Assembly: GCA_964586075.1 (NCBI GenBank)
Contig: CAZPGZ010000015.1
Span: 1,805-65,804, forward strand
Direction of reading: 5' to 3'
Length of the DNA stretch: 64,000 bases
Source of the DNA: an uncultured Nitrospiraceae bacterium
GTDB lineage: Bacteria; Nitrospirota; UBA9217
Part shown: one piece after another, positions 1-9,919 of the stretch
Position numbering within the stretch: the stretch's first letter is position 1
How the letters are laid out: each line of letters begins with the position of its first letter
Position numbers and translations under genes: made by a program
The notes under the pieces: generated by a model
The model's input: the letters and a program-made list of their open reading frames with translations, nothing else
The model's database searches: none
What the model was told of the DNA's origin: nothing

Positions 1-341
1 TGGAGCTTGATCCCTATAGCATCCAGGTGTCTTTGGTAGCTCCTTATCCAGGCACTGAGATTTACGAACAAGGAATGCGAAAAGGATGGATAAAACAGGA
101 AGGGGTGCAACTGCTGAATAATGGTGTCCAGAATGCAGTCATTTCATATGAAGATTTGTCATCCGAATATATTTTTGAATCGATAGAGCGATTTTATCGA
201 AAATTTTATTTGAGGCCGCGCCCAATTTTAAGGATTTTAAAAGAAATGCTTCAAGATAAGCATGAATTCTTCCGTCGTGTAAGAGAGGGAGGGGAGTTTT
301 TCTCCTTTATGGCAAAACGAAAAGGAGACGATCATACCTAA
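1..341 (+). CDS. Radical SAM / B12-binding family protein, C-terminal fragment (the 5' end lies outside the window). Likely the hopanoid-associated HpnJ-type enzyme.
   Basis: The ORF frame is open from the window edge (..ELDPYSIQVSLVAPYPGTEIY..). The C-terminal region resembles B12-binding radical SAM proteins. It sits directly upstream of a YdjC/HpnK-like gene, an HpnA-like epimerase and an HpnI-like GT2. The CxxxCxxC motif is not in the window. Confidence 0.45.
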   Translation, partial: ELDPYSIQVSLVAPYPGTEIYEQGMRKGWIKQEGVQLLNNGVQNAVISYEDLSSEYIFESIERFYRKFYLRPRPILRILKEMLQDKHEFFRRVREGGEFFSFMAKRKGDDHT

Positions 342-343
342 CG

Positions 344-1198
344 ATGCAAATTGCCAAAAAATATGCGGTCATTACAGCAGATGATTTTGGAAAATCATCT
401 GCTGTAAACGAAGCAATTGCCTTTGGTCATGAAAACGGCATTTTGAGCGCCGCGAGCATCATGGTGTCGGGCAATGCGTTTGACGAATCTATTAGAATTG
501 CGCAAAAGTACAAGAAGCTGTCTATAGGTCTGCACGTGACACTCTGTGATGGAAAAAGTATTCTTTCTCGATCAGAGATTCCAGATTTAGTAGATGCTGC
601 CGGCTCATTTTGCAAGAGTCCTTCTTATGCATGGATACGTTACACAAATCCAGCATTGCATAGACAACTGGAAGCAGAAATTGAAGCGCAGTTCGATTAT
701 CTTATAAACGCAAATATGCAGCCGGACCATGTGGATAGCCATCATCATCTTCATATGCATCCTGCATTATGTGCAATAATTTGCCGTCAGGCAGCAAGAA
801 GAGGTATACGATCGATCAGAATTCCTCATGAACCGATGCAGGTTTTTCTCCGCGCTCTCACGCTTTCCCGCGGTGTCATGCCATTTCTTGAATGGGCCGT
901 TTTTAAAACGATCCGGAAGTTCAATGTTGAAACAGCCGAGCTATATGGATTGGATGTGCTGCCTTCCGCATACGGCCTTGCACGAACAGGACATGTTGAC
1001 GAAAAAAATCTACTCAATGTGATCAGATATCTTCCTCAGAAAGCAGAGATTTTTCTTCATCCTGATATCTCGACAGACCGTGGGCAAAAAGAGCTGGAAG
1101 CTCTCACCTCTAAAGCAGTAAAGATTGCACTGGAGTCTCTCGACATAAGCGTATTAAACCGCAAAGAAATGCTGAACCTTAAAAAGGACTGCTTATAG
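344..1198 (+). CDS. hpnK: YdjC/ChbG-family carbohydrate deacetylase (HpnK-like)
   Basis: N-terminal 'ITADDFG' motif and the His cluster 'HVDSHHHLHMHP' are typical of the YdjC family. The gene is 3 nt downstream of the radical SAM gene within the hpn-like cluster. Confidence 0.6.
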   Translation: MQIAKKYAVITADDFGKSSAVNEAIAFGHENGILSAASIMVSGNAFDESIRIAQKYKKLSIGLHVTLCDGKSILSRSEIPDLVDAAGSFCKSPSYAWIRYTNPALHRQLEAEIEAQFDYLINANMQPDHVDSHHHLHMHPALCAIICRQAARRGIRSIRIPHEPMQVFLRALTLSRGVMPFLEWAVFKTIRKFNVETAELYGLDVLPSAYGLARTGHVDEKNLLNVIRYLPQKAEIFLHPDISTDRGQKELEALTSKAVKIALESLDISVLNRKEMLNLKKDCL

Positions 1199-1258
1199 AA
1201 GATACGCGGCGAATCTGCCGGGTTAAATATATTACGTGGAGTTTTAGAAAGAGGAAAT

Positions 1259-1711
1259 ATGAAAACTTTCCTTGTTGTCATGATAGCAGCAGCATGCGCC
1301 GCGGTGGGTGAAACATTGTTAAGCTACGGTATGCGCTCATATGGAGCGATCAACTTGTCCAGCTCCGAGCACTGGCTAACGCTCGTTTCATCTGTTGTGA
1401 AAAATCCTTATATTTTTTCGGGAGTAGTCTTTCTCGCGGTCTTTTTCTTTCTGTACCTCGCGGCGCTTTCCTGGGCCGACTTGAGCTTTGTGCTGCCGCT
1501 TACCGCCGTATCGTATCTGTTTGCAGTTTTCCTGGCTAAATATTTTCTGAAAGAAGACATATCCTGGTACCGCTGGCTTGGCACCATTGTCATAGTGATC
1601 GGAATTGTCCTAGTTTCTCTCGATGATAACAAACGGACAACCGATCACGCGGCAAAAAAGCAGTTTGCGGCGCAGAGTTTGTCTGATTCCGGGACGTTAA
1701 TTGATAAATAG
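1259..1711 (+). CDS. Small 4-TM DMT-superfamily (EamA-half / ArnE-ArnF-like) membrane protein
   Basis: 150 aa with four hydrophobic helices, and a GxxxxG-type N-terminal helix like SMR/ArnE/ArnF flippase subunits. The C-terminus is a hydrophilic tail. Confidence 0.5.
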   Translation: MKTFLVVMIAAACAAVGETLLSYGMRSYGAINLSSSEHWLTLVSSVVKNPYIFSGVVFLAVFFFLYLAALSWADLSFVLPLTAVSYLFAVFLAKYFLKEDISWYRWLGTIVIVIGIVLVSLDDNKRTTDHAAKKQFAAQSLSDSGTLIDK

Positions 1712-1742
1712 ACTTGTCGTTTCATATCCAAATTATTGAGGT

Positions 1743-2768
1743 GTGATTATGCGTGCATTAGTGACTGGAGCAACTGGTTTTATAGGTTATCACGTGGCAA
1801 AACTGTTACACGAAAAAGGGTGCTCGGTCCGAGCCTTAGTGCGACCTGAAAGTGATATTACGTTATTGAAAAGCTTTTGTGAATTAATTATGGGAGATGT
1901 CAGGGATTCAGAAGCAGTTGCCAGGGCGATGAAAAATTGCAGATATGTATACCACATTGCCGCAGATTACAGATACTGGGTTCCAGACGCGTCAACCATG
2001 TATGCGACTAATGTGACCGGGACAATAAATGTCATGAAGTCCGCACTTCATGCTGCGGGGTTACTAAAAGTTATTTATACGAGCAGCGCTGGCGTTCTTT
2101 CCAGCGGTTCAAAGGTAATACCTTCCAACGAAAATGATACCGCAAGCCTTCATGAAATGGTAAATCATTATAAAAAAAGCAAGTTCCTTGCCGAGGAAGC
2201 CGTATTTGCATTCATCAAGAAAGGTTTGCCTGCTGTCATTGTAAATCCTACCACTACGCTTGGTGCTGTCGATAGAAAACCCACGCCAAGTGGACAAATT
2301 ATCGTGGATTTCTTGAATAGAAGGATACCTGCGTACATAGAGACAGGACTTAACATTGTAGATGTTGAAGACGTTGCAGCCGGACATCTGATGGCAGCCG
2401 ATTATGGAAGAATTGGCGAGCGGTATATTTTGGGGAATGAAAACATTACGCTTAAGAAGTTTTTTGAATGTCTGGCCGGATGTGCGAAACAAAAAGCGCC
2501 AAGCATCCGTCTGCCCTATGCACCTGTAGTAATTGCAGCGTATGTGAATGAAGCCATATCTAAATGGGTTACGCACAAACAACCCAGAATAGCGCTTCCA
2601 AGTGTAAAAATGGCTAAAAAGTACATGTATTTTGACAACAGAAAAGCAGTAAGAGAATTACAGATGCCACAAACTCCATTGAGAATAACAATAGAAAAAG
2701 CAATACGCTGGTACGAAAACAACGGCTATGTTATCTCGCAACCAAATGGCACTGTTTATAATGCATAA
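1743..2768 (+). CDS. hpnA: NAD-dependent epimerase/dehydratase (HpnA-like hopanoid-associated sugar epimerase)
   Basis: Rossmann motif 'VTGATGFIGYHV' and a YxxxK region ('YKKSK'). About 340 aa, typical of extended SDRs. It lies within the hpn-like cluster. Confidence 0.6.
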   Translation: MIMRALVTGATGFIGYHVAKLLHEKGCSVRALVRPESDITLLKSFCELIMGDVRDSEAVARAMKNCRYVYHIAADYRYWVPDASTMYATNVTGTINVMKSALHAAGLLKVIYTSSAGVLSSGSKVIPSNENDTASLHEMVNHYKKSKFLAEEAVFAFIKKGLPAVIVNPTTTLGAVDRKPTPSGQIIVDFLNRRIPAYIETGLNIVDVEDVAAGHLMAADYGRIGERYILGNENITLKKFFECLAGCAKQKAPSIRLPYAPVVIAAYVNEAISKWVTHKQPRIALPSVKMAKKYMYFDNRKAVRELQMPQTPLRITIEKAIRWYENNGYVISQPNGTVYNA

Positions 2769-2829
2769 TCGTGACACTTGTAGTAAATCTTATGAAAACA
2801 ATCCTAAACTGAAGAAATAATTTACTTTT

Positions 2830-3984
2830 TTGATCATGATAAATATATTCATTTACCTATTGATGACCGCGTCGATTATTTACAGCATTATCGCATTGTA
2901 TTGCGTTTGGGATTTTTTCAGTAAAAAAAAAGGGCATGCACATCTTACTAAATACGAACCGATTTCCATTATAAAACCAATTAAAGGAATCGCAAAAGGT
3001 TTTAATGAAAACATTAAAACCTTTTGCGATCAGGATTACCCGGAATATGAGGTGTTACTCGGAGTAACAAGTCCCGTTGACAATATAAACGCCGAGAAAG
3101 AAATTTCAACGTGCCCCACCGGGAATAAGATCCGAAAAGTTATGAGTACTGAGCATAACGGAGCCAACAAGAAAGTATCAAATCTTATAGGACTTCTTCA
3201 ATCAGCCAAATATGACCTGCTTGCCATCAGCGACAGCGATATGCGCGTTAACAGTGAATATTTGAGAAAAATTTCTGCAGAATATGCTGCAGAGAAAAAC
3301 GCTGGTCTCGTAACCTGTCTTTATAAAATATCAGATCCTCCTTCCATGGGAGCCGCATTGGAGTCGCTCAGCATAGCCCTTGATTTTATTCCCTCAGTGC
3401 TTATTGCCCGAAAACTCGAAGGTGTTACGTTTGGATTGGGAGCAACCTTATTCACTTCCAAAAAAAAGATTGAAGAGGTTGGCGGATTGACATCGATTGC
3501 TAATTACCTCGCTGATGATTACCAGATTGGAAACCGTCTGTGGCAGCGCGGGTATAAAATTGTTCTTTCAAATGTTGTTATAGAAAACGTTGTCGGTCCC
3601 ATGAGCTTTGCCGAGTATTTCAATCACCAACTAAGGTGGTCCAGAACCTGCCGCGTGTCCAGACCATATGGCTATGCTGGCTACGGGATCACGCATCTTT
3701 TCGTATTTTCTCTATTTTGCCTGGCCATAAGCAATTTTAGCCCGCTTGCGATGTCTTTGCTCATTGCCGCGCTGTTTTTGCGTTATTGTCTTGCAGCATT
3801 ACTGCATCGACTGGTCATTCCTTCAAAAAAGTGGAGAAGATGGCTTGTTTTGCTGCCTGTCAAGGATGTTCTGAGTTTCATAATTTGGGTTTGGAGTTTT
3901 GCAGGCAATAAAGTCACCTGGAAAGGAATACCGTACAGGATATTGAGAGACGGACGCATCAAAGAGGACCGTTCATTTGGCTAA
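2830..3984 (+). CDS. hpnI: Family 2 glycosyltransferase (HpnI-like / ceramide-glucosyltransferase-like)
   Basis: N-terminal TM helix, a GT2 core with 'DSD' (SDSDMRV), and a C-terminal multi-TM region as in Glyco_transf_21/HpnI proteins. Confidence 0.55.
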   Translation: MIMINIFIYLLMTASIIYSIIALYCVWDFFSKKKGHAHLTKYEPISIIKPIKGIAKGFNENIKTFCDQDYPEYEVLLGVTSPVDNINAEKEISTCPTGNKIRKVMSTEHNGANKKVSNLIGLLQSAKYDLLAISDSDMRVNSEYLRKISAEYAAEKNAGLVTCLYKISDPPSMGAALESLSIALDFIPSVLIARKLEGVTFGLGATLFTSKKKIEEVGGLTSIANYLADDYQIGNRLWQRGYKIVLSNVVIENVVGPMSFAEYFNHQLRWSRTCRVSRPYGYAGYGITHLFVFSLFCLAISNFSPLAMSLLIAALFLRYCLAALLHRLVIPSKKWRRWLVLLPVKDVLSFIIWVWSFAGNKVTWKGIPYRILRDGRIKEDRSFG

Positions 3985-3990
3985 AGAGCC

Positions 3991-4839
3991 TTGAAGCCGG
4001 GAGCTATGCACCTTTTAAAAAAATTTATAACATACAGGTGTACAGGATTGGTAATTTCACCACGTTCAAATTACAGTCAATATCTGGTAATCGTTCTTAT
4101 CATACTGCTTTCGGCTTGTTCTGCGGGGAAACATTTAGACACGGAATTGCAGCAGCCGTCCGCATTATCTCTCGCGGAGGAAACGCAGGCTTCAGAAGAA
4201 GCAATCCTCGGATTTGATGACGCGGAAGAAGAAGATATCTACGATCCCCTTCAACCCGCAAACAAAGCAATGTTTGCGGTTAACGACAAGTTTTATTTCT
4301 GGTTTATTAAACCGGCAACAACTGGTTATAACTGGGCTGTTCCGGAAGGCGCCAGGAAATCGGTGAAAAATTTTTTTTATAACATTGAGATGCCTGTCAG
4401 ATTCGTAAGTTCTCTGATGCAGGCGCAAGTAAAATCCATGGGAATAGAGCTTGCGCGCTTCACGATTAATTCCACGATCGGTTTTTTGGGTTTCTTTGAT
4501 GTCGCAAAAAATTCATTTGCTCTCGAACCCCAGGAAAAAGATATTGCTCAGGCTTTGGGTAAGTATGGTATCGGGGAAGGATTGTACCTGGTCTGGCCCT
4601 TTGCCGGGCCTTCCACGGCAAGGGAGACAGCAGGTTCGATTATCGAATTATTCCTTACGCCTTGGAGACTTGTTCAGCCTGATGCAGCTGCGGCAGGCAT
4701 CGGCGTATATGATTACTTTAATCGAGCCTCGCTAGAAGCGTATGAATATGAAGAATTAGTTAAGTCTTCATTGGAGCCTTACGCTGCACTAAAAAATGCT
4801 TATATCCAATACCGGAGAAACATTGTAAACAATAGATGA
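3991..4839 (+). CDS. mlaA: MlaA/VacJ family outer-membrane lipoprotein
   Basis: Lipobox 'LLSAC', and conserved MlaA core blocks (FAVNDKFYFW.., INSTIGFLGFFDVA, LGKYGIGEGLYLVWPFAGPST). Confidence 0.75.
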   Translation: MKPGAMHLLKKFITYRCTGLVISPRSNYSQYLVIVLIILLSACSAGKHLDTELQQPSALSLAEETQASEEAILGFDDAEEEDIYDPLQPANKAMFAVNDKFYFWFIKPATTGYNWAVPEGARKSVKNFFYNIEMPVRFVSSLMQAQVKSMGIELARFTINSTIGFLGFFDVAKNSFALEPQEKDIAQALGKYGIGEGLYLVWPFAGPSTARETAGSIIELFLTPWRLVQPDAAAAGIGVYDYFNRASLEAYEYEELVKSSLEPYAALKNAYIQYRRNIVNNR

Positions 4840-4966
4840 TTTTTTAACAGCCGCAGAAAAAACAACGATTTTTCAGTTGCTTGTTTTGTTATAAGTTAAT
4901 TCACCTAAATAGTCTATAGAGAGCGCGACGTGTATAACCGCAGTTTGTTTCGCGGAACTCTGCTTA

Positions 4967-7450
4967 ATGCGAAAGGGGTGTTCTATGAAACGGAATACTT
5001 CTATATTTCATTTTACTGATAACACAGTAAAGTCCTTGAAAAAGGACTATCTTACATGTCTTTATTTTCTTCATGGCGCATTGCCACAGGCGGCCACTTC
5101 TAACGATCATTACCTCGCGCTGGCCTTAGCTGTGCGGGCTCGGATGTTACAGAGCTGGCTGGGGAATACAGATGAGCAACTTAATAGAAACAACCGGGCA
5201 GTATGTTACTTTTCAGCTGAATATCTCCCGGGATCGCATCTGGGCAATGTCCTGATGAATCTGGGGATAATGGATCAGGCTCGATTAGCGATGAAAGAAT
5301 GCGGACAAGATCTGGATATGCTGCTTTCTCAGGAACAGGAACCCGGGTTGGGCAATGGGGGATTAGGACGACTGGCCGCTTGTTTTCTTGACTCACTGGC
5401 AAATTTGAACATTCCATCTATCGGTTATGGTATTCGTTATGAATTTGGTATTTTCGATCAAGAGATCAAAGACGGCTGGCAGGTAGAAAAGACCGATAAA
5501 TGGCTGTCTCATGGCAACCCATGGGAAATCTGCCATCCAGGAAGTTCAGTAGAAGTTAAATTCGGAGGTTATACGAAGAGTTATACAGACGCATCAGGGC
5601 ACTATCGAGTTCAGTGGGTTCCCGAACGGATTATCTGCGGCATTCCTTACAATACGCTCATACCAGGTTATAAAACCTCAACGATGGCTACGATGAGACT
5701 TTGGAAAGCTGAATCGTGCGAATCATTTGACGTGCAGGCTTTTAACACAGGCGACTATCTGGGAGCCGTACACGAGAAAATTGTCTCCGAAACGATTTCC
5801 AAGATACTTTATCCCAATGAAGGTGCACAAATGGGGAAAAAACTGCGTCTTGCACAACAGTTTTTCTTTGTATCCTGCTCTCTCCAAGACCTTATCCGTA
5901 TTCAGCAACTTCGTGGCCGGGGGTTGGAAACATTTCACACCAATTTCGCAGTGCAGCTTAATGACACACATCCGTCTATAGCTGTTGCAGAGTTAATGCG
6001 TCTTTTAGTAGATGAAAACGGTATGGAATGGGAAAAAGCTTGGGATATCACGCGGCAAACATTTTCATACACGAATCACACGCTCCTCCCTGAGGCATTA
6101 GAGACTTGGCCTGTATCCCTTTTTGCCGCCCTTCTTCCGCGGCACTTGGAAATCATATACGAGATTAACGTGAGATTTTTGAACGAAGTCCGGCAACGCT
6201 TCCCTCATGATGAGGAGTGGACGCGGCGATTGTCTTTGATCGACGAAAACGGCGAGCGTTCTGTCCGGATGGCCCACCTTGCAACAGTTGGAAGCTATGC
6301 TGTGAACGGGGTGTCCAGGGTACACACCACCCTGCTCAAAAAACATGTTCTCAAGGATTTTCATACTTTATGGCCTGAAAAAATCATGAACATTACCAAT
6401 GGCATCACGCAGCGCCGCTGGTTACTTCTCAGCAATCCGAGATTAAGCGCACTAATCAGCGAAGCTATAGGGAAAGGATGGATTCGTAATAGTAAAGAAC
6501 TGCGCAAACTTGACCCTTTGACAAACGACAATGAATTTAAAAAAAGGTGGCATGAAGTTAAGAATAAGGCAAAAGAAGAATTGGCCGACTATATTCAGCA
6601 ACATTGCGGCATTATAGTCGATTCCGAAACACTTTTTGACGTGCAGGCTAAGCGGATTCATGAATATAAGCGCCAGCATCTGAATGTGCTTCATATAATC
6701 GCGCTCTATTTGCGAATCAAACAGAATCCTGCCATCGAGATGGTTCCGCGCACGTTTCTTTTTGCAGGCAAAGCGGCTCCTGGCTACAGTATGGCAAAAT
6801 TCATCATCAAACTCATCAACGAAGTGTCATTCAAGATCAATAATGATCCCGATGTAAATGAAAAACTCAAAGTGGCATTTATACCTGATTTTAACATCAC
6901 GGTAGGACAGCGGATCTATCCGGCTGCTGATCTTTCCGAGCAAATATCCACGGCGGGCAAGGAGGCCTCAGGCACTGGCAATATGAAGTTTATGCTTAAC
7001 GGTGCACTTACGATCGGGACGCTGGACGGAGCTAATGTCGAAATGCAGAGCGAGGTTGGAGCTGAAAATTTCTTTTGCTTTGGACTGAAAGTCACGGATG
7101 TTGAAAAACTCAAAAAGCAGGGATATAAACCACGGGACATTATTAGTGCCTGTCCAGAATTGAATGCGGTCCTGGAGTCTCTAGCAAGAGGGGACTTTTC
7201 ACCTGATGATCAAAACCTTTTCCGTCCTTTATTAGACGAGTTGCTTGAACGAGATTCTTTCTTTGTTCTGGCCGATTTTGCCGATTATGTTGACTGCCAG
7301 GGGAAAATAAGCACCCTTTTTTTGAATCAAGATGAATGGACGCGCAGATCAATTCTCAACACGGCCCGTTCCGGGTTCTTTTCCTCGGATAGATCAATCC
7401 GGGAGTATGCAGAAAAAATATGGAAAGTTAAATCTAGCACGAATCTATAA
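4967..7450 (+). CDS. glgP: Glycogen/alpha-glucan phosphorylase
   Basis: 827 aa. The PLP-site block 'EASGTGNMKFMLNGALTIGTLDGANVE' and N-terminal phosphorylase motifs (GNGGLGRLAACFLDS) are present. Confidence 0.9.
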   Translation: MRKGCSMKRNTSIFHFTDNTVKSLKKDYLTCLYFLHGALPQAATSNDHYLALALAVRARMLQSWLGNTDEQLNRNNRAVCYFSAEYLPGSHLGNVLMNLGIMDQARLAMKECGQDLDMLLSQEQEPGLGNGGLGRLAACFLDSLANLNIPSIGYGIRYEFGIFDQEIKDGWQVEKTDKWLSHGNPWEICHPGSSVEVKFGGYTKSYTDASGHYRVQWVPERIICGIPYNTLIPGYKTSTMATMRLWKAESCESFDVQAFNTGDYLGAVHEKIVSETISKILYPNEGAQMGKKLRLAQQFFFVSCSLQDLIRIQQLRGRGLETFHTNFAVQLNDTHPSIAVAELMRLLVDENGMEWEKAWDITRQTFSYTNHTLLPEALETWPVSLFAALLPRHLEIIYEINVRFLNEVRQRFPHDEEWTRRLSLIDENGERSVRMAHLATVGSYAVNGVSRVHTTLLKKHVLKDFHTLWPEKIMNITNGITQRRWLLLSNPRLSALISEAIGKGWIRNSKELRKLDPLTNDNEFKKRWHEVKNKAKEELADYIQQHCGIIVDSETLFDVQAKRIHEYKRQHLNVLHIIALYLRIKQNPAIEMVPRTFLFAGKAAPGYSMAKFIIKLINEVSFKINNDPDVNEKLKVAFIPDFNITVGQRIYPAADLSEQISTAGKEASGTGNMKFMLNGALTIGTLDGANVEMQSEVGAENFFCFGLKVTDVEKLKKQGYKPRDIISACPELNAVLESLARGDFSPDDQNLFRPLLDELLERDSFFVLADFADYVDCQGKISTLFLNQDEWTRRSILNTARSGFFSSDRSIREYAEKIWKVKSSTNL

Positions 7451-7525
7451 ATAAGCAGCGAATGTAAAATTTTGCATTACGTTACTTCTCTATAAAGAAA
7501 AAATGATTAATTAGAAAAATTTCCG

Positions 7526-8401
7526 ATGATTCTTGCAAAATCAAAAACGCTATTTATTTTTATTACGATGGTCATAATATTTCTGAACACTCCTGTGGTC
7601 GTAGCAGCGGCCGATAAGGAGAGCGTTGAGAGCAAAGATATTAGCCATAGCAGTGCATTTGGAGAATGGAACCCCCGAAAAGATGGAGATGAACCGGCAC
7701 TTTATATAAACGAACCTATGTACTTTATTGTAGGGAAACATGATAGAGACACAAAAGCGCGTTTTCAGGTTAGTTTAAAATACCGGCTTTTTGACAGAGA
7801 TGGAATCGTAGTAAATAAAATCCCTTGGTTAGAAAAATTACATTTTGCCTACACACAGACGTCATTGTGGAATTTAAGCTCAAACTCAACAGCGTTTGAA
7901 GATACAAGCTACCGTCCTAGTTGCTTTTGGGAATTTCAGAACATACAAATGAAAAAAATGCCCGATTTCCTTCGGTTAGGCTATGAGCATGAATCGAATG
8001 GACAGGGTGGAGAAAAATCCCGTGGCATCAACACACTTTTCATCTTCCCCGCATGGACTATGCCGATGGGAAGTATGGATTTGACTATAGGGACTAAAGT
8101 ATATGTTTATATCTCCAGGGATAGTGAAAACTCAGATATAGAAAAATATCGAGGTTATGCCGATTTGATTGTGCGGTACGGACGCGAGGACAGTTGGCTC
8201 ATTGCTGCTATGTGGAGATATGGGATTGATAATAAAAACACCATACAATTAGATCTCTCATATCCGATTAGAAAGAAGATTTTTGCGCGGACGGGTGGAT
8301 ATTTTTACATCCAGTCGTTTTATGGCTATGGTGAAACTCTCTTAACATATAATCAGAAACAGGACATTAACGTTAGGTTCGGATTTGCCGTTGTCAGATG
8401 A
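7526..8401 (+). CDS. pldA: Outer-membrane phospholipase A (OMPLA)
   Basis: Signal peptide and the catalytic block 'GYEHESNGQGG' (HxSNG), with a beta-barrel-like alternating pattern. 291 aa. Confidence 0.75.
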   Translation: MILAKSKTLFIFITMVIIFLNTPVVVAAADKESVESKDISHSSAFGEWNPRKDGDEPALYINEPMYFIVGKHDRDTKARFQVSLKYRLFDRDGIVVNKIPWLEKLHFAYTQTSLWNLSSNSTAFEDTSYRPSCFWEFQNIQMKKMPDFLRLGYEHESNGQGGEKSRGINTLFIFPAWTMPMGSMDLTIGTKVYVYISRDSENSDIEKYRGYADLIVRYGREDSWLIAAMWRYGIDNKNTIQLDLSYPIRKKIFARTGGYFYIQSFYGYGETLLTYNQKQDINVRFGFAVVR

Positions 8402-8532
8402 CACCTCCGTCGCATATGAACTTAAAACAGCGACAGGAGAAACAGAAGCGGTGCTTTGTGCGTCAGACAGGAAGTAATATGGTTGGGATAACTTGAGCAA
8501 CACAGTGCAAATTCTAAGAAAGGGTCAGTCTG

Positions 8533-8718
8533 ATGAGTATTGTAAATAATAGAATTAAACAGCTTGAGAGAGATCTAGAATCGATAGAAACCAGGATTAA
8601 GCTGATTGAAAATGAAGTAAAATTGCAAAGCAAAAAATTGGATGTATGTGCACAAAACCAGTTAGTAATGGAAAAACGTTCAGATGAGACACCACCGTTG
8701 GAATACTATAATAAATAG
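8533..8718 (+). CDS. Small coiled-coil hypothetical protein (61 aa)
   Basis: A heptad-like N-terminus ('RIKQLERDLESIETRIKLIENEVKLQ') in an intergenic position. Only a weak RBS is present. Confidence 0.3.
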   Translation: MSIVNNRIKQLERDLESIETRIKLIENEVKLQSKKLDVCAQNQLVMEKRSDETPPLEYYNK

Positions 8719-8796
8719 ACTCTCAGTAGAAAAAGGTGGAAAATACTATTCTTGTCAAATCGCTTGGTTTCTCGTCTTTGTTTATAAATCTTGTGT

Positions 8797-9348
8797 CTAA
8801 TCAATTTTTAAAAATTCTTGTGCAAGGTACTCACCGACATTGGTCGGCGTGATGAATTTGTGATGGTTTCTTGGCTTACTCGCAGTATACGTTGCCGCAA
8901 ACAAAATTTCACCAGTTGCTACATCAATCAGCCTTGCCGAGCAATTGGAAATATAATCTCGGTACCCGCCGTTTGACAATCCGGCAAAACCATTTGATAT
9001 TGTTGCGTTCCCAACGATCATGGCATCTATCCCTTTTATTTTCCCGATAATCGACTGCTGATTTTGCAGAAGACCCGTGAGAGAAATCCCTTGTTCAGCC
9101 AAAATTTTGTCAAGCTGAGTCCTTTCTATTATCGTAAATCTGGACTTGACCAAATTTGCGGACAGCGATTCTGCAACTGCCGATCCCATGTCGGCATTGT
9201 TAGCATCAAAAGGAAGTACAGCAATTCTTTCAATTGATTTTAACCGTTGTGGATTATTAACAAATTTCTTGGTTGTAATCGTGGAACACGCAGGTATGCA
9301 GACCAGACATATAATCAATATGTTTAGAACCCAACTGAATTTTTTCAT
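8797..9348 (-). CDS. Lipoprotein, CsgG/LpoB/FlgO-like fold
   Basis: Lipobox 'IPACS', and the pattern 'IAVLPF.N....G..VAE.L...L..S.F.IIER..LD.IL.EQ' typical of CsgG-like periplasmic lipoproteins. Confidence 0.5.
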   Translation of the reverse strand: MKKFSWVLNILIICLVCIPACSTITTKKFVNNPQRLKSIERIAVLPFDANNADMGSAVAESLSANLVKSRFTIIERTQLDKILAEQGISLTGLLQNQQSIIGKIKGIDAMIVGNATISNGFAGLSNGGYRDYISNCSARLIDVATGEILFAATYTASKPRNHHKFITPTNVGEYLAQEFLKID

Positions 9349-9430
9349 TGGTCTTCCTTCCTGTTCATCAGTGTTAATTTTGGATTGTGAACATGATGGG
9401 CTTCTATCTTTATCTGTAGTATAGTGCGCG

Positions 9431-9919
9431 TTATTTTGTATTTTCCTTAATTACCTGCCCCGGGCTTACAAACGAAATCCCCTGCCCGGACGTCGCACCG
9501 ATCATGACACATTCTATAATAGGGGTATTTATCATTTTTTGTGCGGACCATTTTATAATAAAATTTGCTCCGACACCGCCCGCGGTATCGCTTTCCGGAA
9601 TGTAAATATAGGTTGATTCCAGAGGACCCAAGGCCACCGCTTGCTGATAGTATGTTCTAACCAATTTCCCTTTTGTATCAAAATAATTCGCAGACAGGAC
9701 GGTGAGAGAATTTGTCATATCGGTATTTCTTATGCTCAGTATGGCTGCCAGATAAAACGGGATCTGCTTGGGCGCGGTGAACACATTGGAATAAACTGGA
9801 ACATAAACCGTCTGTCCTTTTGATAAATTATACTGTTCTGCTGCGCTCCCTTCGTGGCAATAAATAAGAAGGGAAAGAAGCACTCCGTATTGCATCAGTT
9901 TGCAAAACAGCTTTTTCAT
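9431..9919 (-). CDS. Secreted protein, DUF3124-like
   Basis: Signal peptide, about 160 aa, with 'YVPVYS'-type blocks recalled from the DUF3124 family. The assignment is from memory only. Confidence 0.4.
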   Translation of the reverse strand: MKKLFCKLMQYGVLLSLLIYCHEGSAAEQYNLSKGQTVYVPVYSNVFTAPKQIPFYLAAILSIRNTDMTNSLTVLSANYFDTKGKLVRTYYQQAVALGPLESTYIYIPESDTAGGVGANFIIKWSAQKMINTPIIECVMIGATSGQGISFVSPGQVIKENTK

